64,000 nucleotides of DNA from Candidatus Cryptobacteroides sp. (GTDB lineage Bacteria; Bacteroidota; Bacteroidia; Bacteroidales; UBA932). Positions 16,044 to 24,181 of the stretch are shown in pieces. Both the position numbers and the translations under genes were made by a program. Positions within the stretch are counted from its first letter, which is position 1. The number at the start of each line of letters is the position of its first letter. The notes beneath the pieces were generated by a model. The model had not been told where the DNA came from, did not search any database, and saw only the letters and a program-made list of their open reading frames with translations. Location of the stretch: assembly GCA_045117755.1 (NCBI GenBank), contig JBGUOB010000021.1:510-64509 (forward strand), given 5' to 3'.

Positions 16044-16125
16044 TGGGCAAGGATGGATTCGAACCACCGAAGGTAAAACCAGCAGATTTACAGTCTGCCC
16101 CATTTGGCCACTCTGGTACTTGCCC
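16044..16125 (-). tRNA. tRNA-Tyr(GTA)
   Basis: GGGCAAG acceptor, anticodon arm GCAGA-CTGTAAA-TCTGC, long variable arm. Confidence 0.95.
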
Positions 16126-16149
16126 AATTATTTTACATTGCTGATCGTG

Positions 16150-16223
16150 AGCCGATGGAGGGAATCGAACCCACGACCTTGAGATTACAAATCACACGCT
16201 CTAGCCAACTGAGCTACATCGGC
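16150..16223 (-). tRNA. tRNA-Thr(TGT)
   Basis: GCCGATG acceptor, anticodon loop TTTGTAA, T-loop GTTCGATTC. Confidence 0.94.
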
Positions 16224-16260
16224 AATGTATTATTTCAAAGTCCCCCTGTTTTTTAGGGAC

Positions 16261-16294
16261 TGCAAAGATAGGAACAATTTCCTATTTTCCAAAA
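16261..16294 (-). promoter_or_regulatory. Bacteroidetes sigma-A promoter of the tRNA-tuf operon
   Basis: Minus-strand TATCTTTG (-7 consensus TAnnTTTG) at 16263-16270, TTTG (-33) about 20 nt upstream overlapping the dxs 3' end. Confidence 0.7.
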
Positions 16295-18147
16295 ACTTTT
16301 TCCAAACTTTTTTTGATCCCCGCGGTGTCGATCCCGCAAGCCGCCTGCTGCTGGGACTGCGAGGCCTGCACCACGAAGCTGTCCGGGATGCCGAGGCCGT
16401 CCAGGGTCACGGGGCAGCGGTGGGCGGCGACCCATTCGCTGACGGCGCTGTACAGTCCGCCGGCCAGGCAGCCGTCCTCCACCGTGATGAGGTGGCGGTA
16501 GCGGCCGGTGACCTCCGTGAGGAGCGCCTCGTCGAGCGGCTTGAGGAAGCGGACGTCGTACACGCCCACGCGGCCGGGCCAGTCGGCGGCGGCCTCCAGG
16601 GCGCGGTTCGCGACTGGGCCGAGGGCCAGGATGGCGACCTCGTCGCCCTCCAGCAGGGTCTCGCCGCGGCCGATCTCCAGCGGCTCGCCCGGCGCTTCCC
16701 GCCAGGGCGTGCCTTCGCCCATCCCGCGCGGGTACCTTATAATAAAGGGTCCCGCTTCGTGCGCGCACGCGGTGTACATGAGCCGCTTGAGCTGCACTTC
16801 GTCGCGCGGTGCGCTGACGACGATGTCGGGGATGCTGCGGTAGGCGGCCAGGTCGAAGGCGCCGTTGTGCGTGGCACCGTCTTCGCCGACCAGGCCCGCG
16901 CGGTCGAAGCAGAGCACGACCGGCAGGTGCTGGAGCGCCACGTCGTGGATGATCTGGTCGTAGGCGCGCTGCGAGAAGGCGGAGTAGAGGTTGCAGACCG
17001 GTTTCATGCCGCCGGCGGCGAGGCCGGCGGAGAAGGTGACGGCGTGCTCCTCCTCGATGCCCACGTCGAAGAAGCGGTCGGGATGGCGCGCCGCCAGCAG
17101 GTTCATGCCGCAGCCGGTGGCCATGGCGGGCGTGATGCCGACGATGCGGCGGTCCGCCTCGGCGAGCTCGCAGAGCACTTCGCCGAAGACATCCTGATAG
17201 CGGTCGCGCGCGTGCGGCGCGTGGACGCGTTCGCCGGTGGCGGGATCGAAGTGGCCGGGCGCGTGCCAGGTCACGGGATCCGCCTCGGCGGCGGGATAGC
17301 CTTTGCCTTTGACTGTCAGGCAGTGCAGCAGGCGCGGGCCGGTCAGGTCGTGGAGCTTGCGCAGCGTGCGGACCACCTCGGCGATGTCGTTGCCGTCGAT
17401 CGGGCCGAAGTAGCGGAAGCCGAGCGACTCGAACAGGGCGCCGCCGGGCTTGCCGACGAACCAGGACTTGAGGGCGCGGACCCAGCGCTGGATGAAACGC
17501 CGGAAGGCGTGGTCGCCCAGCAGGTTCCAGATCCGGTTCTTGAAGCGGTTGTAGGAGCCGCTGGTGGTGATGTTCAGCAGGTAGCGGTGCAGCGCGCCCG
17601 TGTTGCCCTCGATGGACTGGTTATTGTCATTGAGGATGACAAGCAGGTCCGCGCGGCTCTCGCCGGCGTTGTTCAGGCCCTCGAAGGCGAGGCCGCCCGT
17701 CATGGCGCCGTCGCCGATCAAGGCGATGACCTTCTCGCCGCGCTCCTGCATGCGCGCTGCCTCGGCGAGGCCCAGCGCGGCGGAGATAGAAGTGGAGGAG
17801 TGCCCGACGCCGAAGGCGTCAAACGGACTCTCGTCCCGGTTGGGGAAGCCGCTGATGCCGCCCTTCGTGCGCATCGTGGCGAAGGCATCGCGGCGGCCCG
17901 TGAGGACTTTATGGGCGTAGGCCTGGTGGCCTACGTCGAAGACGAACTTGTCGGCAGGGGTGTCGAAGACATAATGCACGCCCACGATGATCTCCACGGC
18001 GCCCAGGCTGGAAGCCAGGTGGCCGGGATTGTGCGCGCAGACTTCGATGATGTACCGGCGCAGCTCGGCGCAGAGCGTCCGCAGCTGGTCGGTGCTGAAG
18101 CCTTTGATGTCGGCAGGACTGTTGATGCTGTCGAGAAGTTCGTACAT
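16282..18147 (-). CDS. dxs: 1-deoxy-D-xylulose-5-phosphate synthase
   Basis: GHLASSLG, DVGHQAYAHK, GHSSTSISAALG, GDGAMTGG, DVGIEEEHAV, DRAGLVGEDGATH. Confidence 0.97.
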   Translation of the reverse strand: MYELLDSINSPADIKGFSTDQLRTLCAELRRYIIEVCAHNPGHLASSLGAVEIIVGVHYVFDTPADKFVFDVGHQAYAHKVLTGRRDAFATMRTKGGISGFPNRDESPFDAFGVGHSSTSISAALGLAEAARMQERGEKVIALIGDGAMTGGLAFEGLNNAGESRADLLVILNDNNQSIEGNTGALHRYLLNITTSGSYNRFKNRIWNLLGDHAFRRFIQRWVRALKSWFVGKPGGALFESLGFRYFGPIDGNDIAEVVRTLRKLHDLTGPRLLHCLTVKGKGYPAAEADPVTWHAPGHFDPATGERVHAPHARDRYQDVFGEVLCELAEADRRIVGITPAMATGCGMNLLAARHPDRFFDVGIEEEHAVTFSAGLAAGGMKPVCNLYSAFSQRAYDQIIHDVALQHLPVVLCFDRAGLVGEDGATHNGAFDLAAYRSIPDIVVSAPRDEVQLKRLMYTACAHEAGPFIIRYPRGMGEGTPWREAPGEPLEIGRGETLLEGDEVAILALGPVANRALEAAADWPGRVGVYDVRFLKPLDEALLTEVTGRYRHLITVEDGCLAGGLYSAVSEWVAAHRCPVTLDGLGIPDSFVVQASQSQQQAACGIDTAGIKKSLEKVFGK

Positions 18148-18157
18148 GCGGGTCCGG

Positions 18158-19528
18158 TTACTGTTTCTTGATGTTCGGCAGTTCGAGGCCGTAGCCCTTC
18201 TTGCGGTCTTCCTTCTTCAGCAGGAAGCTGAAAATGAAGGCGAGCACGCCGAAGCTGGAGAAGACCAGCATCGGGATGAAGTAGCCGCCGGTCGAGCCGC
18301 GCAGCGAGCCGATCAGCATCGGCACGAGGCAGAGGCCGATGTTCTGCACCCAGAAGATGAGGCAGTAGGCCGAACCGAGGATCTTCTCGTCGATGATCTT
18401 CGGCACGGACGGCCACAGGGCCGCGGGCACGAGCGAGAAGCTCACGCCCAGGATGACGATCAGCGTGACGGCCAGACCCTTGGACGGGAAGGCGGGCAGC
18501 AGGAAGGCGAAGCTGAGGTGGCAGGCGATCATGATGATCGAGCCGATCATCAGCATCGTGGCGCCTTTGCCCTTGTGGTCCAGGAAGATGCCCAGGACCG
18601 GAGTCAGTACCATCGCCAGGATGGGGAAGACGCTGAACAGGCGGGCGGCCGTGGCGGCGTCGATCTGCAGGGTCTCTTCCAGGAAGTTCGGCGCGTAGCG
18701 CTGGAACGGGAAGATGGCACTGTAGTACAGCACGCAGAGCAGAGCCACGATCCAGAACATCTTGCTCTTGAAGATGGCGCCGAGGTCGCTCACGTGGAAC
18801 TCATCCTCCGGGGATTTCTCTTCCGTGGCGAGGCCGGCGGCGACCAGCTGCTTGTCGAACTTGCTGTCCATGAAGGCGAAGATGATGAAGTTGACCAAGC
18901 CGATGCAGAGCAGGGCGCCGCAGAATCCGACCGGAGCCATGATCGAGCCGTCGAACTTGGCGGAGATGATCGGGGCGATCCACATCACGCCGAACACGCC
19001 CAGACGGGCGATGGCCATCTCGAGGCCCATGGCGAGGGCCATTTCCTTGCCCTTGAACCATTTGGCGAGAATCTTGGAGACGTTGGTGCCTTCCATCTCG
19101 CAGCCGCAGCCGAAGATCATGAAGCCGAGCGAGGCCATCTTGGCGCTGGCGGGCATCTCGACCCACCAGGAGCCGAGCCACTGGGCGAGGGCGGTGGTCT
19201 GGAACCAGTCGCTGACGCCGACGAATTTGATGCCGGCGCCGAGGACCATCAGGCCCGCCGACAGGATGCCGGAGAACTGGACGCCGAGCTTGTCGAGGAT
19301 GATGCCGGCGAGAATCAGGAAGCCGCAGACGTTGAGGATATATTCGGATGCGGCATAGGTGCCGAACACGCCGCTGTTCCAGCCGAGGTTGGTCTCGACG
19401 AGGGACTTGAGCGGGGACATGACGTCCACGAACATGTAGGCGAAGAACATCATCAGCGCCACGAGGACCAGGACGGTCCAACGCGCCACCGGATTGTCGT
19501 TCATCAGCCGTTGAATCTTTTCAGTCAT
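18158..19528 (-). CDS. MFS transporter (substrate unknown)
   Basis: 456 aa, about 12 hydrophobic helices, GIILDKLG and GIFLDHKG loop motifs. Confidence 0.9.
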   Translation of the reverse strand: MTEKIQRLMNDNPVARWTVLVLVALMMFFAYMFVDVMSPLKSLVETNLGWNSGVFGTYAASEYILNVCGFLILAGIILDKLGVQFSGILSAGLMVLGAGIKFVGVSDWFQTTALAQWLGSWWVEMPASAKMASLGFMIFGCGCEMEGTNVSKILAKWFKGKEMALAMGLEMAIARLGVFGVMWIAPIISAKFDGSIMAPVGFCGALLCIGLVNFIIFAFMDSKFDKQLVAAGLATEEKSPEDEFHVSDLGAIFKSKMFWIVALLCVLYYSAIFPFQRYAPNFLEETLQIDAATAARLFSVFPILAMVLTPVLGIFLDHKGKGATMLMIGSIIMIACHLSFAFLLPAFPSKGLAVTLIVILGVSFSLVPAALWPSVPKIIDEKILGSAYCLIFWVQNIGLCLVPMLIGSLRGSTGGYFIPMLVFSSFGVLAFIFSFLLKKEDRKKGYGLELPNIKKQ

Positions 19529-19550
19529 AGGTGAGTCGCTTATTGTTTCC

Positions 19551-19678
19551 GGCGGTTCCGTCCTCCCACTCCGGGACCCGTAGCCACCCTCGGCTTCGTA
19601 AGAGGGAGGGGCCCGCTGACGCAGTCAGTGGGAGGGGTCGCGAAGCGACGGTATCCGGAGTGGGAGGACGGAACTGCC
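19551..19678. repeat. ~128-nt multi-stem palindromic element, copy A (intergenic)
   Basis: 24-bp terminal inverted repeat (19551-19574 / 19655-19678, one G-T pair) enclosing internal hairpins; core homologous to 29372-29489 in the opposite orientation. Confidence 0.85.
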
Positions 19679-19692
19679 AAAATGGTAATCAA

Positions 19693-20241
19693 TTAGAACG
19701 GGAGATCGTCGGTCGGACCTTCGTCGGCGACGGGTGCTGCGGGTGCGACCGGGGCGGCCTGCGGGGCGGGCTGCTGGTACGCGGGCTGCTGCGGGGCGGG
19801 AGCGGGCTGCTGATAGCCGCTCTGGCGCTGGTAGCCACCCTGCTGGGGATAGCCGCCGCCCTGCTGGTCAGCCGGGTAGCCGGCGCCGTCGCCGTCGCGG
19901 CGGCCCAGGAGCTGCAGCGTGTCGACGTTGATCTCGGTGGTGTATTTCTCGGCGCCCTGGGCGTCGGTGTATTTGCGGGTGCGGAGTTTACCTTCGATGT
20001 AGAGCTGCGTGCCCTTGCGCACGAAGCGCTCGCACACGTCGGCGGGCTGGCCCCAGGCGACGATGTTGTGCCATTCCGTATTCTCGCGGGTTTCGCCGTT
20101 GCGGTCGCGGTAGCGCTCCGAGGTGGCGAGGGTGAATGTGGCGACTTTGCGGCCCTGATTGCCAGGGTTGTTTCCTTCGAGGTAACGTACATTGGGGTCT
20201 CTTCCAACGTTACCGATCAGCATGACTTTGTTCAGTGACAT
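19693..20241 (-). CDS. ssb: single-stranded DNA-binding protein
   Basis: True start MSLNKVMLIGNVGRDP at 20241; TEWHNIV, IEGKLRTRKY, Q/P/G linker, DDLPF tail. Confidence 0.97.
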   Translation of the reverse strand: MSLNKVMLIGNVGRDPNVRYLEGNNPGNQGRKVATFTLATSERYRDRNGETRENTEWHNIVAWGQPADVCERFVRKGTQLYIEGKLRTRKYTDAQGAEKYTTEINVDTLQLLGRRDGDGAGYPADQQGGGYPQQGGYQRQSGYQQPAPAPQQPAYQQPAPQAAPVAPAAPVADEGPTDDLPF

Positions 20242-20321
20242 AATACATAAAATTTTAGTTTCACAAGATAGGGATTTTTTGCCGAATTGCACGTATATTT
20301 GCCCTGCAATCTTCCGAAAAG

Positions 20322-20819
20322 ATGACGATTTCTCTCACCGGATTCATGGGCTGCGGCAAGAGCAGCACGGGCCGGGCGCTCGCGGAGCGTCTCGGGGCGC
20401 GTTTCGTGGATCTGGATGCGCAGATCGTCGCCCGCGACGGCCGCCCGATTCCGGAGATCTTCCGTGACGGCGGCGAAGCCGCTTTCCGCGCCATCGAGCT
20501 GGAGACGCTGCGCGCCGTGCTCGACGCGGCCGACGCTGCGCAGGGCGACACGGTGCTGGCCCTCGGCGGCGGCACGCTGACCGTCCCCGCTGCGCGGGAA
20601 ATCCTGCTGGCGCGCACGAAGTGCGTCTTCCTGCGGACGCAGCTCGCGACCATCCGGGAGCGGCTCGGCGCCGCTGACGCCTCCCGCCCGCTCTTCGCCG
20701 ACGCCGAGGCGCTCTTCGCCCGCCGCGCGCCCATCTACGCCCAGGCGCCCTTCGCCGTCGATACCGACGGCCTTACCCCTGCCGAAGTCGCCTCCGCCAT
20801 CCTCTCCGTCCTCAAATAA
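20322..20819 (+). CDS. aroK: shikimate kinase
   Basis: GFMGCGKSS P-loop, GEAAFRAIE, ALGGG; upstream TATATTTG at 20294-20301. Confidence 0.94.
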   Translation: MTISLTGFMGCGKSSTGRALAERLGARFVDLDAQIVARDGRPIPEIFRDGGEAAFRAIELETLRAVLDAADAAQGDTVLALGGGTLTVPAAREILLARTKCVFLRTQLATIRERLGAADASRPLFADAEALFARRAPIYAQAPFAVDTDGLTPAEVASAILSVLK

Positions 20820-20843
20820 GGCCCTTTTTGAGGATAGGGAAAG

Positions 20844-21020
20844 CTATTTTCCCAGGATATGTGCGAGTTTTTCATCGCCCTCGATCTCCTCGTCCGTGAA
20901 AGTGGGGAGAATGTCGATCATGCTGCCGACGCGTTCAGAATGTGGAATCGGAAAGGAAACCTCGGGATATTCCGGCTCATTCCGAACGTCTGTCTTCGGC
21001 AAGGACTCGAGATGTTCCAT
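20844..21020 (-). CDS. small acidic hypothetical protein (58 aa)
   Basis: Below the ORF-track cutoff. MEHLESLPKTDVRNEPEYPEVSFPIPHSERVGSMIDILPTFTDEEIEGDEKLAHILGK; ATG 18 nt after the higA stop, same strand. Confidence 0.5.
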   Translation of the reverse strand: MEHLESLPKTDVRNEPEYPEVSFPIPHSERVGSMIDILPTFTDEEIEGDEKLAHILGK

Positions 21021-21038
21021 TATGGGTAAGTTGTATTG

Positions 21039-21398
21039 TTAAAGTCCCAACATGGCAGCTGGAGCGATGCCCAGTGCGACGCAAAGCCGGCTGGCGATGC
21101 GAAGCGTCGGCTCCGAACGACCGGAGATATAGTCATTGATGCGCGACGGGCTGACTCCGACCTGGTTTGCAAGATCCTTTTGGGTCATGGCTTTCTCGGT
21201 CAAGGAGGCCTGAATCAACTCCGCCGGGGTCGGCTTCTCGATGGGGAAGTGCTCCTTCTCATATTCAATGACGATATCGGAATAGATAGAAAGCTCTACT
21301 GCCTTCTCCTCATTCGGGTCATCGCCGCTGACCAGAGGAAGCAGATCTTCGATGCGTTCCAGCGCATACTGATATTGCATTTCCGTGATACGTCCCAT
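21039..21398 (-). CDS. higA: HigA-family antitoxin (XRE HTH)
   Basis: YEKEHFPI segment, C-terminal HTH MTQKDLANQVGVSPSRINDYISG; downstream of the toxin. Confidence 0.88.
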   Translation of the reverse strand: MGRITEMQYQYALERIEDLLPLVSGDDPNEEKAVELSIYSDIVIEYEKEHFPIEKPTPAELIQASLTEKAMTQKDLANQVGVSPSRINDYISGRSEPTLRIASRLCVALGIAPAAMLGL

Positions 21399-21401
21399 AG
21401 G

Positions 21402-21701
21402 CTATATTGTTGATGCGTCTATCTTGTCATATTCTCTGTGAGTTCCGACAAAGCGGATAAAGAGATATCCCATTACGAATTTCGCCACAACTACCAAGCG
21501 GTATTTGTTCCCTCCGATGTTGAAAACATAGTGCTGATTGCCGACACAGTCTGTTGATGCGAAATCTTTTCGGATGTCCGTCAGCCCTTTCCATTGCGCG
21601 TCTTCTGCGATAGAATACCACCGTTCCAGCGGAGTCTTGGCGTCCTCTCGCCCTGGCTGGCTGTAGAAGTCCTTCAATATCTTATGCGACACAATTCTCA
21701 T
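21402..21701 (-). CDS. higB: HigB-family toxin (RelE-like mRNA interferase)
   Basis: MRIVSHKIL, VFNIGGNKYRLV, FIRFVGTHREYDKID; toxin-first order; -7 element TACCTTTG at 21721-21728. Confidence 0.9.
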   Translation of the reverse strand: MRIVSHKILKDFYSQPGREDAKTPLERWYSIAEDAQWKGLTDIRKDFASTDCVGNQHYVFNIGGNKYRLVVVAKFVMGYLFIRFVGTHREYDKIDASTI

Positions 21702-21781
21702 ATCTCCGTCTTTGTCTATGCAAAGGTAGAGATTATTTTGAAATTCGCAATAACTGTATGAAAAAATTCTGTATTACGGAA

Positions 21782-22567
21782 TTATTGGAGTGCTGAGTTG
21801 CCGGCCGGGTAGTGCGTCTGGATCATCCGGATCAGGTAGACGACGGTGCCAATGCAGAACAGCAGCGAGACGCCGACGACCAGATATTCCACGGCCGGGG
21901 AACCAAAGTACTCCGCGAGGGTTTCGGGCTCGCCTTCTTCCGCCATCATGGCAGCGAAGCAGACAATCGTATTGTTGATGACATGCATGAAGATTCCTGG
22001 CAGCAGACTGCCGGTCCGCCAGCAGATCCAGCCCAGCAGCAGGCCGATCAGGAAGGTGAACGGCAGCTGGGAAAGATTAAAATGCATCAGGGAGAACAAC
22101 AGGGCGGATAAGAGGATGGCCAGCCAGGGCTTGCCGTAGGTTCGGTCCCATCTCAGCAGCGCATTGAGCACAGCGCCCCGGAAGGCGAATTCTTCCGCGA
22201 TTGGAACGAGCACGCCGATGACCAGTACGCCCCAGATCGTTTGACACGCGGATTCCATCATGTCCACCAGACCGCCGTCCGGGAGGTCGAGCGTTTCGTT
22301 CATTGCCGCCTCCGGGAGGAAGAAAAAGAACAGGGTCAGCAAGCAGGGAACCAAGATGGTCCAGGGGCGCACGGAGAAGGTCTCCTTCGCAAGGCGGACT
22401 TCGCCGTTCCAGACGAAATAGACACAGGAAAGCAGCGAGGATATGGCGAATGCGATGATGATAGCGGTCCCTTTGTCCGCGTTATCTCCGAGAGCGATGA
22501 CGGTCGGGACGCCAGCCAGTAGCTGCAGTCCGAAGAAGATGAGGATATATTTTAGTGCTTTTTTCAT
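21782..22567 (-). CDS. CPBP (CAAX/Abi) intramembrane metalloprotease
   Basis: Motifs AEEFAFRG, FSLMH, HVINN; multiple TM helices. Confidence 0.9.
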   Translation of the reverse strand: MKKALKYILIFFGLQLLAGVPTVIALGDNADKGTAIIIAFAISSLLSCVYFVWNGEVRLAKETFSVRPWTILVPCLLTLFFFFLPEAAMNETLDLPDGGLVDMMESACQTIWGVLVIGVLVPIAEEFAFRGAVLNALLRWDRTYGKPWLAILLSALLFSLMHFNLSQLPFTFLIGLLLGWICWRTGSLLPGIFMHVINNTIVCFAAMMAEEGEPETLAEYFGSPAVEYLVVGVSLLFCIGTVVYLIRMIQTHYPAGNSALQ

Positions 22568-22588
22568 GATTCCGGTGATTGAATGGTG

Positions 22589-23047
22589 TCAGAACTCGTA
22601 CAGGTACAACCCGGTTTCGTCGTCGTATTTGCGGCCGATCTTGGTGTCGCCGAACTTGTCGACCAGCAACTCGCAGGCGCCGTTGATGCGGGCGCTGAGC
22701 AGATGTCCGCCGACGCAGCTGTAGTCCGCGCGGCTGCAGGTCACGTGGATGTGCAGGAAGGGCTCCCCGTCTTTCTTGGAGATGTTGCCGGTGATGTTGG
22801 TAATCTCCATCTGCTCGGTGAAGGTCCTGTCCACGTACTGCTTCGTGGCCGGGTCGTACATCCGGAAGGTAGCTTCACTGATGGCCCCGATACCGCGCAC
22901 CTGGCCGCAATGGATATTCATGAGTTTGCAGAAATCGGTGAGGGCCCGCATGAGCTCTTCATGGTTGTCGATGCTGACGATATAACGCGGATTCCCGTCC
23001 TCGAAGAGATTGGAACTGAACCGCCGAACTATCTTGTAGTTGTACAT
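22589..23047 (-). CDS. PPC/DUF296 domain protein
   Basis: GQVRGIGAIS, MEITNITGNIS, FLHIHVT, GGHL motifs; likely start MYNYK at 23047 (ORF track extends to 23125). Confidence 0.85.
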   Translation of the reverse strand: MYNYKIVRRFSSNLFEDGNPRYIVSIDNHEELMRALTDFCKLMNIHCGQVRGIGAISEATFRMYDPATKQYVDRTFTEQMEITNITGNISKKDGEPFLHIHVTCSRADYSCVGGHLLSARINGACELLVDKFGDTKIGRKYDDETGLYLYEF

Positions 23048-23174
23048 CGGGTAACACACTTTAGCGTTATTACTGTCAAATATACCGAAATCCGGGCTTA
23101 TAAGCAAGCCCGGATTTCGCCCCAAATTAATTTACCGTAAGGTAATACTCTTATAGAGTCTTCTTAAGGATTGT

Positions 23175-23294
23175 TTATTTGTCCTGGCTCTTCTTAACGA
23201 GGCCTTTCTTGGAGAGCCAGCGTACTACAACGGGGGTAAGGACCCCAGCCATTATTGCCGCGAATACTACGACAAGGATTTGTTTCCAGTCCAT
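23175..23294 (-). CDS. small single-TM protein (39 aa)
   Basis: Below the ORF-track cutoff. MDWKQILVVVFAAIMAGVLTPVVVRWLSKKGLVKKSQDK: hydrophobic helix plus basic tail, 13 nt after the upstream small ORF. Confidence 0.5.
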   Translation of the reverse strand: MDWKQILVVVFAAIMAGVLTPVVVRWLSKKGLVKKSQDK

Positions 23295-23307
23295 CTAAAA
23301 TAATTCG

Positions 23308-23502
23308 TTAGGATCTGCTATCCAAACGCTTTTTCCTTTCACGTACGTAGGAACGGTGAATGGCAAGGGGGACAACTACGACGGCAACAATTGACAGCGT
23401 GAGAAATCTGTCCCAGTCGAACTCGTCAATAAACAGAAGGGTTGTCGCGATTGCCACGATGGCAATCAAGATTTGTGACAATATATGTTTAAACATATTC
23501 AT
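23308..23502 (-). CDS. small two-TM membrane protein (64 aa)
   Basis: Two hydrophobic stretches and a basic tail RERKKR. Confidence 0.55.
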   Translation of the reverse strand: MNMFKHILSQILIAIVAIATTLLFIDEFDWDRFLTLSIVAVVVVPLAIHRSYVRERKKRLDSRS

Positions 23503-23641
23503 CGCAGGTCTTGTTTACGGTGTTTGTCGAGGACTTCGGATATGCCGTTCTTTCAGGTTAATGATCGTTTTTTAGCTTAAAAAACCAAGAGTATCGCGAT
23601 AGTCTGTTGTTTGACGAGGCCCTCGACAAACAGCCGTTTTC

Positions 23642-24034
23642 TTATTGTTGCATTTCCTTATGCCATGCGTAAAGGACCACCTCGCCGTTCAGCTCTTCCG
23701 TGATGTAAACCACGTCGGGCTTCTGCTGGAACTGCAGGACGTCCGGCAGGATGGAAGTATGTTCCTTCGTGATTCCGGATTCGACATCGACCATGCGGAC
23801 GGAAACCGGCTGCGCGGGCGTCGCCCAGACGAACACCAGTCCGGTCTGATCGTCGACATCAACAGGTGTGCACTCGCAGATCTCCGGCCGGACGACGATG
23901 ACGCCGCCGCCAGGGATGTGGACGATTGCTCCGCCAGGGGTGTTGCTGCCCGGCCCCGGCCCCGGACCCGGGTCGGCGACGGCTGCCGCCGAAAAGAGTA
24001 GCGTGTTAAGCAGAATGATTAAGAGTCTTTTCAT
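23642..24034 (-). CDS. secreted hypothetical protein (DUF3244-like beta domain suspected)
   Basis: Signal peptide MKRLL...AAAVA, (PG)n linker, ~80-aa beta-rich domain; -7 element TAACTTTG at 24066-24073. Confidence 0.7.
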   Translation of the reverse strand: MKRLLIILLNTLLFSAAAVADPGPGPGPGSNTPGGAIVHIPGGGVIVVRPEICECTPVDVDDQTGLVFVWATPAQPVSVRMVDVESGITKEHTSILPDVLQFQQKPDVVYITEELNGEVVLYAWHKEMQQ

Positions 24035-24181
24035 GTATTTGTAAATATTGTGGTATCTCCCAATGCAAAGTTAGGAAAGATCATGCAGAAATGCACGTTA
24101 CAGCGTATTACAAATGCAAAATTAACACACTGATTATCAGCGCGTTGTATTTTTGTCGCGTTACATCCGGCTTTCGAACCG

